Of a DNA stretch of 64,000 nucleotides, positions 57,047 to 64,000 are shown piece after piece. A program made the position numbers and the translations under genes. The stretch's first letter is position 1. Each line of letters opens with the position of its first letter. The notes under the pieces were generated by a model. It saw nothing but the letters and a program-made list of their open reading frames with translations. It did not search any database and was not told the DNA's origin. Source of the DNA: Isosphaerales bacterium (GTDB taxonomy: Bacteria; Planctomycetota; Planctomycetia; Isosphaerales; Isosphaeraceae); contig JBIOJM010000008.1 of NCBI GenBank assembly GCA_044450785.1, positions 979 to 64,978 on the forward strand, in the 5' to 3' direction.

Positions 57047-57916
57047 CTATCGCTTGCTGGAGACGCGGAGGACCTTGATGATGCGCTCGACTTCCTCGGG
57101 CCGGGCATCTTGCCCCAGCTCGATGATCCCCGCGTCGCGGATCTCGTTGTTGAGCACGGGGGCCGAGAGGAGGCGGCCGTCCAGGATGATCCCCAGGTGA
57201 TACTTGAATTTCCCATCGGCCTCGGGTAGGTGTTCCCGGGTCAACGCGCCGAACTTGTCGGCCCCCTCGCGGGAAAACTCGACCCTGACAGCGGGGCGGA
57301 GACGCTCGTCAACATCCGGGGCGACGCGCCTCAGATTCTTCTCGCTCACGTTGTGACGGTCGAGCTTGACCAGCACTGACCGCTTGACCCGCCCGGGCGC
57401 CTCGGGGACCTCGAGGACGATGACATCATCCCCGAGAAAAGGTCCGACACCGCTGGGTGTCGAGTCGATCCGAAAGGACGAGACCGACTTCAGGAACAGC
57501 GCGGGATTCGGCCGGAGGTGGAGCGTCTCCGAGGTGTTCTTGGTGATCTGGAAGTACCTCGAAAGGTCGGAGCCGGCGAGGTTCTTCCCCGTCAACCGGA
57601 CCGATCCCCCGGCGAACTCGTCGTCCTTCCAGTGTGAGCCGGCGACGTTGAGTCGGTCTGGCTCGACCTTCGGGTCGGAGCCCGTAACCACCTGCCCCAG
57701 CCAGATCCATCGATAACCGGCAGGAGGGTGTTCGAGGCTGTCGGCTGCCTTGGCCTTCTCGGCAGCCTCGCGATCGTGCTTTTTGTCGGCGAGGATACGG
57801 AATTCGAGCCGGCCGGGTCCTTCGTCTTTAGGGTCATCGGCACGGACGTGGGGAATGGCCATCGCGGTCAGGATTGCCAGGGCCGCGGCCCTCTTCCCGA
57901 TCGAGAACGGTTCCAT
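57047..57916 (-). CDS. secreted protein with SecD P1-head-like C-terminal domain
   Basis: Signal peptide AILTAMAIPHVRA. The C-terminal KYHLGIILDGRLLSAPVLNNEIRDAGIIELG resembles the SecD periplasmic head motif. Confidence 0.6.
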   Translation of the reverse strand: MEPFSIGKRAAALAILTAMAIPHVRADDPKDEGPGRLEFRILADKKHDREAAEKAKAADSLEHPPAGYRWIWLGQVVTGSDPKVEPDRLNVAGSHWKDDEFAGGSVRLTGKNLAGSDLSRYFQITKNTSETLHLRPNPALFLKSVSSFRIDSTPSGVGPFLGDDVIVLEVPEAPGRVKRSVLVKLDRHNVSEKNLRRVAPDVDERLRPAVRVEFSREGADKFGALTREHLPEADGKFKYHLGIILDGRLLSAPVLNNEIRDAGIIELGQDARPEEVERIIKVLRVSSKR

Positions 57917-58173
57917 TGATGATCTTCCTCAAGATAATCGGTGACTTCATGGCGATGCACGGCTGCACTCCGGCCGGGCTGAGGGTTCTTGACAATGAGC
58001 GCCGATTGTATACGAATGTCTATTTGATATCGAGGGGGGTCAAGATTTCAAGTTGACCACTGCGTCTTTTCTGTTATCACCGTCGACACTTTCACCGGCA
58101 TTTTGGCGATCGTCAGCGCCGCTGGCCACTTGAAGCTCAGCCGGACCGCTCTGGTCTCGAGGGAGAAAGGATC

Positions 58174-59526
58174 TTGATGGCAACCTACCAATTTCCGGAA
58201 GGCTTTGTCTGGGGCGTGGCGATGGCCGCCGCCCAAATCGAAGGGGCGGCGCACCTGGACGGCAAAGGGGAATCAATCTGGGACCGCTTCGCCGCCGTTC
58301 CCGGCAACGTCAAGAACGGCGACACGCCCGAGGTCGCGTGCGATCACTATCACCGCTACGAGGCCGACCTTGACCTGATGAGCAAGCTCGGCGTCGCCCA
58401 CTACCGGCTCTCGGTCGCCTGGCCGCGCGTGTTCCCCGCGGGAGACGGACCGATCAACACGCGCGGGCTTGACTTTTACTCCAGGTTGATCGATGCCCTG
58501 CTGGCGCGCCAGATCACCCCTTGGGTCACGCTCTTCCACTGGGACTTGCCCCAGGCGCTTGAAGACCGGGGTGGCTGGCTCGCTCGTGCGACTGTCGACG
58601 CCTTCGGCCACTACGCCGAGGAAGTGGTCAAGCGCTTGGCCGGCCGCGTCAAGCACTGGTTCACCGTGAACGAAATCCCCTGCTTCATCGGCAACGGATA
58701 CGGCAACGGATACTTCGCCCCGGGCAAGCGCGTGGGCGCCCGCGACTTGAACCAAGCGTACCACCACGCCCTGCTCGCGCATGGGCGCGGCGTCGAGGCC
58801 GTGCGGTCCTGCGGCGGGCCCGGTGCGCTCGTGGGGCTGGTGCACAACCACCTGCCCGCGCCGCCGATCCCCGTCACCGAGACCGACGCCGATATCGCCG
58901 CCGCCCGCGCCGAGTACGAACGCACCAACGGGCAATTGATGGGGCCCATCTTCTCCGGACATTATCCCGAATCATTCCTCCGGAAGGCGGGGGCCGATGC
59001 GCCTCGGGTTGAGCCCGGCGACATGGATCGGATCGCGCGGCCAACGGATTTCCTCGGCCTCAACGTTTACGCGGGTGACTTCGTCCGCGCCGGGGCCAAC
59101 AAGCGGCCCGAGGTTTTGCCCTTCCCGAGGGGATACCCCGAGGGCTCGCTCCGGTGGCTCAAGATCACCCCACAGTGCCTTTACTGGGCCGTCCGGCACG
59201 CGGCCGAGGTGTTCGGCGTCAAGTCGTTCTACATGACCGAGAGCGGCGCGACGTTCGACGACGACCTCACGCCTGCTGGCGAAGTCCTCGATCTGCACCG
59301 CCGCGAGTACCTGCGGTGCCACCTCGTCGAGTTGCACCGGGCGGTCACCGAGGGCTACGACGTCCGCGGCTACTTCCTCTGGTCGCTGCTCGACAACTTC
59401 GAGTGGGCCGAGGGGTACGAGAAACGGTTCGGCATCGTCCACGTCGCGTTCGGCACCGGGCAACGCACGCCGAAGCTCAGCAGCCGCTGGTACTCGGAGG
59501 TCATTCGCAACAACCGGATTGTCTAA
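58174..59526 (+). CDS. glycoside hydrolase family 1 beta-glucosidase
   Basis: FPEGFVWGVAMAAAQIEGA...ACDHYHRYEADLDLM...HYRLSVAWPRV...TVNEIP...YMTESGA...FLWSLLDNFEWAEGY. Confidence 0.9.
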   Translation: MMATYQFPEGFVWGVAMAAAQIEGAAHLDGKGESIWDRFAAVPGNVKNGDTPEVACDHYHRYEADLDLMSKLGVAHYRLSVAWPRVFPAGDGPINTRGLDFYSRLIDALLARQITPWVTLFHWDLPQALEDRGGWLARATVDAFGHYAEEVVKRLAGRVKHWFTVNEIPCFIGNGYGNGYFAPGKRVGARDLNQAYHHALLAHGRGVEAVRSCGGPGALVGLVHNHLPAPPIPVTETDADIAAARAEYERTNGQLMGPIFSGHYPESFLRKAGADAPRVEPGDMDRIARPTDFLGLNVYAGDFVRAGANKRPEVLPFPRGYPEGSLRWLKITPQCLYWAVRHAAEVFGVKSFYMTESGATFDDDLTPAGEVLDLHRREYLRCHLVELHRAVTEGYDVRGYFLWSLLDNFEWAEGYEKRFGIVHVAFGTGQRTPKLSSRWYSEVIRNNRIV

Positions 59527-59576
59527 ACCGGAGCATCCGGCGTACCCTCTCGACTCCTTTCGATCCAGGTGCCGAT

Positions 59577-59773
59577 CATCTCTTTCTCGGGCGATCTCGC
59601 GCATCGACGCCGCTCCGGGGTTTCAAGACTTGTTCCAGGACGTTGACGTTCGGCCGGGACTCATCGAACACGATCCCCGGGTCAGACCACACCCCGCAGG
59701 CGAACTTGTCAAAGAGGCAGGAGGCGAACATCGCCCACTTGCCGCCATAGGAGTGGCCGAGGACGCCGATGCG
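59577..59773 (-). pseudogene. ~60-codon fragment of an alpha/beta hydrolase
   Basis: RIGVLGHSYGGKWAMFASCLFDKFACGVWSDPGIVFDESRPNVN carries a GHSYGG nucleophile elbow. There is no start, and the frame decays after RPNVN. Confidence 0.55.
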
Positions 59774-59775
59774 TC

Positions 59776-60075
59776 TTGCTGCTGCTGTTCATCGAACCAT
59801 CGCCGCTGGATGGTACGAGGCTGATCGAATAGGAATCACCTGGACTGGTGATCGTGGCGTCGAGCGTGACGGCCGCCAGAAGCACCGGGGTATTGGCCGA
59901 CGACAATGAGACGAGATTGCCGGAGAACGTGGAATCGTTGCCGACGAACGTGTCGTTGGGGTAAACGGTCTCTGTGACAGTCCCGCCCGTGCTCGATGTC
60001 GTTTGTGCCGTGCTGTCGCCGGCGAAAACGTACTGGCTGTTCGACAGAATTGACGTCACCCAATAAGCGGTAGAA
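59776..60075 (-). pseudogene. fragment of a Ser/Thr-rich secreted (PEP-CTERM-type?) protein
   Basis: SNSQYVFAGDSTAQTTSSTGGTVTETVYPNDTFVGNDSTFSGNLVSLSSANTPVLLAAVTLDATITSPGDSYSISLVPSSGDGS. No signal peptide or anchor is present. Confidence 0.4.
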
Positions 60076-60243
60076 GTGATGCACGGCGGTCTGGCCGCTG
60101 GGCAGCTTGATATCGACCTCAATGCCTTCCCGGATGAGATGACTCATTGTTTGATAATTCCGTTGGCGGTCTGGTCTCCAACGAGGCACGAGGTGTCCGG
60201 CAACCTCTATCCAGGTGACATCGAAGCCCCGGAGTGTTAACAA
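60064..60243 (-). pseudogene. orphan N-terminal gene fragment, unknown family
   Basis: MLTLRGFDVTWIEVAGHLVPRWRPDRQRNYQTMSHLIREGIEVDIKLPSGQTAVHHFYRLLG then runs into unrelated sequence. Not identified. Confidence 0.3.
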
Positions 60244-60324
60244 TGAGGGAATGTGATTCGTCTTTGTGTTGGATCAGTCGACGCGACTTCCCTACAAGAA
60301 CGCACGGGACCGGACGAACCGAAC

Positions 60325-60957
60325 ATGGAATCCGATTTTCAGCGACTGATCGCCGCCATTCTCAAGGGAGATCGGCAAGCCGCGGATGAATTGGTGCGGA
60401 AGGTCGAACCTTACATTCGCAGCGCCACCCACTTGCGCCTGACTGACTCGAAGCTGAGACGCTTGCTGGATTCGATGGATCTTTGCCAGTCGGTCCTCGC
60501 TGATCTGTTTGCGAAGGGGGGCTCGCGCTGGTCCGGTCGAGAGACGGAGGATCACATCCGGCGCACGATCTTGACGATGGCTTTCAACAAGCTGGTGAGC
60601 AAGGCTCGCCATGAGCGCCGGAATCAGGGGTCCCTCCCCGAAGGCTGCGAGGTCCTCGACTCGGCCCCTTCTCCAAACCAGGCCGTGGACGATCTCGAAC
60701 GGAAAGCGGTGATCTGGAACCGGCTGTCCGAAGCGGAACGGTGGCTGTTTGATCAGAACAAAGTCAAGGGACGGACGTGGAAAGAGATTGCTCGCGACAC
60801 GGACGAACTTCCCGCAACCCTGCACGGGGTTGCCCACGATTCCTTGCGGATCCGCCTGGCGCGGGCGATCCTCCGGGTTCGGCAGGAACTCCAGCGTAAT
60901 GGTGCGAGCCATGCCCAACGAAACATCGTGCAACGGCCTCCCGACCGCGCCGGATGA
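60325..60957 (+). CDS. ECF-type RNA polymerase sigma factor
   Basis: MESDFQRLIAAILKGDRQAADELVRKVEPYIRS... (region 2-like) and LSEAERWLFDQNKVKGRTWKEIARDT (region 4 HTH). Confidence 0.7.
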   Translation: MESDFQRLIAAILKGDRQAADELVRKVEPYIRSATHLRLTDSKLRRLLDSMDLCQSVLADLFAKGGSRWSGRETEDHIRRTILTMAFNKLVSKARHERRNQGSLPEGCEVLDSAPSPNQAVDDLERKAVIWNRLSEAERWLFDQNKVKGRTWKEIARDTDELPATLHGVAHDSLRIRLARAILRVRQELQRNGASHAQRNIVQRPPDRAG

Positions 60958-63900
60958 TCCGGAATCGCCCGAGGGAGAGCCTCAGAACGAAGGAATGCAT
61001 GCGCAAGACTCGGGCAACCTGGCTCCGGCCGAGGAGGCGACGGCGGAGCGCTGGCTCGATGAGTTGATCGCCGAGCAGCGCGGGCGCTGGCTACGGGGGG
61101 AACGCCACACGTGCCGCGCCTATTTGGCGCGAGAGGACCACCCGATCACCTCGAATCGGCTCGCGGCCGCGGAACTGATCTATCACGAGTTCCTCCTTCG
61201 AGATGAATCGGGCGAAGCGCCGGAGTTTGAGGAGCACATCAGGCGTTACCCTGAATACGCCTCCGAACTCCTGATCTTCCGCGAGGCCGATCACGCTCTC
61301 GATCAATCGCTGTCGCCGCTGCGGGTTGGTGAGATCAGCCGCGTCGGCGATTACGAACTCCTGGAAGTCGTGGCCCGCGGGGGAATGGGAGTCGTTTTCA
61401 AGGCGCGTCAGGCGAGCCTCAATCGAATCGTCGCCTTGAAGATGATCCCGGACGGCCGGTTGGCCTCACCCGATCAGCTCGAACGTCTCCGAATCGAGGC
61501 CACCGCGGCGGCGGGCTTGAGCCATCCGAACATCGTGGCCGTCCATCACGTCGGCGATCATGCGGGGCAGCCTTACATCGTCATGGAGTACGTCGAGGGA
61601 ACGAGCCTGGCCGCCCTGGCCCGCGAACATCCGCTGGCGGCCGCGCAAGCTGCCGGTTATCTGCTCAAAGTCGCCGAGGCGGTCCACCACGCCCACGAAC
61701 ATGGCACGCTCCACCGCGACCTCAAACCGTCCAACATCATCATCGACGACCGCGGGGCGCCGCGAATCACCGATTTCGGCCTGGCCAGGCTGCTTGGGGG
61801 AGATTCCCACCTCACGATCACCGGCCAGGCGCTGGGCACGCCAAGCTACATGCCGCCCGAGCAAGCGGACCACAAAAGAGGCGAGGTTGGCCCGGCCAGC
61901 GACGTTTATGGGCTGGGCGCGACCTTGTACGAGCTCCTCACCGGCCGACCGCCGTTCCAGGCTGAGACACCGCTGGAGACGCTCAAGCTGGCGATCGAGA
62001 CCGACCCGGTTTCGCCCCGGCTCCTGATTCCCAAAGTGCCGCGCGACCTGGAAACGATCTGCCTGAAGTGCTTGCAAAAAGACCCGCTCCAGCGCTACGC
62101 CAGCGCCCAGGACCTGGCGGACGACCTGAGGCGGTTCCTGGAAGGCTGGCCGGTCCGCGCGCGGCGGGATCGTTGGTGGGAGCGAGGGCTCAAACTGCTC
62201 AAGCGACGGCGGATGGAAGTGGCCCTGGCGATTGCCTTGTTCGCGGTCATTGTCGTTGTGATCTGGCTGCGGTTCGCTGAGCTCCGGCACAGGGCGGAGC
62301 ACGCCAAGCAACAGTTGGCCCTGACCGAAGAGCGCGCGAACAAGGAGAAAGCCGACGCCGAGGCCCGCGCCGCCAGGCAGATGGCCGAGTGGCAGGAATA
62401 TCGCGCCCTCGAGAACGGTGTCCGGGAAAAGCGGGCGAGCCGTACGATCGGTTGGACTTGGAGCTGCTTGGGCGATCTGGCTCGGGCGGCCCAACTGTCT
62501 CCCGAGGTCCGCAACCTGGTCGATCTGCGCCGCGAGGCGGCGATCTGTCTCGCCGGCGTCGACCTGCGGAGGGTGACCACGTGGGTGATGCCTGACGACG
62601 CCCAGGTGGACTGCGTGGCCTTTAGCCCTGATGGCCGCCGCCTGGCCATGGCTCAGCTCCGCGGAGTCGTCGCGCGGCAGCTCCGCTTGGTGGATCTGAC
62701 CAGCGGTAGCCACCAAGATCTCATTTACCCGGGCCCTGTGCAGAAAGACGCCAGGGACACAGGTGGAGGAAGCCTGGCGTTCAGCCCCGACGGGAGGTGG
62801 CTGGTGATTGGGACGAGGCAAGGCGATATCTACGCCTGGGACACCTCTGGGCCGCGCCCCAAGCGCTGCGATCTGGAGGGCGCTCATCGTCAATGGGTGA
62901 CCGGACTCGCATTCTCTCCGGATGGCAGGACCCTCGTCTCGTGCTCGGAGGACAAGACGATCAGGTGCTGGGAACTCTCCTCCCGTTGGAGGAATGTGAG
63001 AACGATTGCCGTGGATCGGGGCTACACGGGCCTCGCCTTCAGTCCTGACGGCACCAAAATCGCCTGTTGCTCTTCTCGAGGGCTCACAATCTTCAATGCC
63101 GAAGAGCTCGCGCACGGGGACGGATTCCATTCTCCGAGCCGTCGCGAATTCTTGGTGCCCAGAAGCATGGTCTTGCGAATCAGCCCGGATGGGCGCCTTG
63201 TCGTGACCACGGACGGACGGCGGCGTTTGGTCCTGCTCGAGGCAGAATCTCTCAACCCCATCCGAACACTCCGAGACCCAGACCTTGACGATTCCGCGCA
63301 TGAGCATGAGATCACCAACCTCGATTTCACCCCGGATGGGTCGTTGTTGCTCTCGAGTTCTTGGGACCGCACCGTCAAGCTCTGGGAGGTGGCGACAGGA
63401 CGGCTCTTGGTCACGACCAAGGAAGTGCCGGCCGATCGAGAGATCGTGTTTGCGGCCTTCAGCCCGCAGGGGCGCCACATGGCGGTGACCAACGGTACGC
63501 AAACCGCGATCTACGAGCTTGGCGGTCTCGAAGAGCAGACAATCATGGCCCACCACTCGGATCCGGTGCACGCCATTGATTTCGCGCCGGACGGTAGGAC
63601 CCTCGCCTGTGTGGCGGATCGCGGGCTTGTTAACCAAGAACACCGAGGTGAGCTGACGATCTGGGACATCGAAAGTGGGAGCCTTAAGGCGAAACAAGCG
63701 ATCACTGGCCGATGTGCCGGTGAGGTCCGGGGTTCCGTCTCCTTCGATCCCGAGGGGACCTTGCTGGCGTTCGGCCATTCGTCGCGGGAATTGTGCCTGG
63801 CTCGGTTCTTACCGCGAAACGAGCGATCGTCCGTGGGCGTTGAGGAGCCACCCTCTTCCTTGGTGTTTTCGCGTGATGGCCAGACACTCTGGGCCGGCGT

Positions 63901-64000
63901 GGGGCGGCGGCTCGTGTCATGGCGGATGCCGGACCTGTCGTTGGCTTCCCAGTGGAGCAACGACCTGGGCGAGTATTTGAAAGGATGGTCGGGAATCGCC
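60911..64000 (+). CDS. Ser/Thr protein kinase with TM segment and WD40 repeats (3' end beyond window)
   Basis: GDYELLEVVARGGMGVVFKA...ALKMI...HRDLKPSNIIID...DFGLARL...GTPSYMPPEQ, followed by repeated AFSPDGR..., W(D/E) units. The ORF is open to the edge, so it is not in the track. It overlaps the sigma gene by 47 nt; ATG 60995 is an alternative start. Confidence 0.85.
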   Translation, partial: MPNETSCNGLPTAPDDPESPEGEPQNEGMHAQDSGNLAPAEEATAERWLDELIAEQRGRWLRGERHTCRAYLAREDHPITSNRLAAAELIYHEFLLRDESGEAPEFEEHIRRYPEYASELLIFREADHALDQSLSPLRVGEISRVGDYELLEVVARGGMGVVFKARQASLNRIVALKMIPDGRLASPDQLERLRIEATAAAGLSHPNIVAVHHVGDHAGQPYIVMEYVEGTSLAALAREHPLAAAQAAGYLLKVAEAVHHAHEHGTLHRDLKPSNIIIDDRGAPRITDFGLARLLGGDSHLTITGQALGTPSYMPPEQADHKRGEVGPASDVYGLGATLYELLTGRPPFQAETPLETLKLAIETDPVSPRLLIPKVPRDLETICLKCLQKDPLQRYASAQDLADDLRRFLEGWPVRARRDRWWERGLKLLKRRRMEVALAIALFAVIVVVIWLRFAELRHRAEHAKQQLALTEERANKEKADAEARAARQMAEWQEYRALENGVREKRASRTIGWTWSCLGDLARAAQLSPEVRNLVDLRREAAICLAGVDLRRVTTWVMPDDAQVDCVAFSPDGRRLAMAQLRGVVARQLRLVDLTSGSHQDLIYPGPVQKDARDTGGGSLAFSPDGRWLVIGTRQGDIYAWDTSGPRPKRCDLEGAHRQWVTGLAFSPDGRTLVSCSEDKTIRCWELSSRWRNVRTIAVDRGYTGLAFSPDGTKIACCSSRGLTIFNAEELAHGDGFHSPSRREFLVPRSMVLRISPDGRLVVTTDGRRRLVLLEAESLNPIRTLRDPDLDDSAHEHEITNLDFTPDGSLLLSSSWDRTVKLWEVATGRLLVTTKEVPADREIVFAAFSPQGRHMAVTNGTQTAIYELGGLEEQTIMAHHSDPVHAIDFAPDGRTLACVADRGLVNQEHRGELTIWDIESGSLKAKQAITGRCAGEVRGSVSFDPEGTLLAFGHSSRELCLARFLPRNERSSVGVEEPPSSLVFSRDGQTLWAGVGRRLVSWRMPDLSLASQWSNDLGEYLKGWSGIA

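Noticed and set aside
57989-58012. TTGACA ... TATACG/TACGAA promoter-like hexamers upstream of the GH1 gene.
   Set aside because: The spacer length is ambiguous (14 or 16 nt) and the -10 match is weak. Promoter consensus in this lineage is uncertain, so the site is not reported as a feature.
56028-60250. tRNA-Val as attachment site of an island extending to the fragment mosaic at 59.6-60.2 kb.
   Set aside because: I found no copy of the tRNA 3' end (only a 7-nt ggttcga match near 59790) and no integrase. The intervening genes (methyltransferase, SecD-like protein, GH1) look ordinary.
61466-63778. 770-aa minus-strand ORF, the longest in the track for this region.
   Set aside because: It is antisense to the kinase/WD40 gene, whose plus-strand frame has unmistakable kinase and WD40 motifs. 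The minus-frame product is low-complexity and Arg/Gly/Pro-rich, as expected for a GC-rich shadow ORF.

Overview
High-GC bacterial chromosome segment. Gene content suggests Planctomycetota: ECF sigma / Ser-Thr kinase pairs, the futalosine-type menaquinone pathway, RFTIRSLMIAVAIV-type membrane ORFs, LRR and PEP-CTERM-like fragments. This taxon call is inference only. All product calls come from motif recognition in the translated ORFs; no database search was run.

Layout:
- 1-8.9 kb: an integrated element with a tyrosine integrase (partial at the left edge), divergent RHH gene, excisionase-like HTH, CHC2/Toprim primase, AAA_25 ATPase and a TerS-like HTH protein. It has no virion or transfer genes. 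It ends in a phased TGATGC hexamer array and a tandem pair of Tat-signal orphan genes that abut a truncated LRR gene.
- 9-12 kb: small accessory genes, including a two-gene membrane cassette flanked by about 60-bp direct repeats.
- 12-25.7 kb: menaquinone late-step genes (menG/ubiE-ubiX-SDR-ubiA, and mqnE). These are interleaved with an ECF sigma + 1236-aa kinase pair, a RelE/Phd pair, an xisH remnant with xisI, two DUF4058 genes and a Uma2 nuclease-fold gene.
- 25.8-35 kb: housekeeping and envelope genes (methyltransferase, phosphodiesterase-family protein, Fur, GspE/PilB-like ATPase, FlgM-like protein, MCE/MlaE).
- 35.4-36.4 kb: a gene graveyard made of an integrase fragment, a 114-bp palindromic tandem repeat and a fused hsdS/hsdM stub.
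- 36.4-52.7 kb: nfi, a spermidine-synthase-like membrane protein, ltaE, a UbiD-family gene, and a sulfate ABC operon carrying several deletions. Two DUF433 genes here have partner DUF5615 genes reduced to stubs.
- 52.8-56.1 kb: rpsB-tsf-pyrH-frr and a tRNA-Val(GAC) with an unusual C33.
- 56.1-64 kb: methyltransferase, SecD-head-like protein, GH1 glucosidase, a mosaic of gene fragments, and a second ECF sigma + kinase/WD40 pair (open at the right edge).

No rRNA gene or CRISPR array was seen. Many long ORFs in the track are GC-driven antisense shadows.
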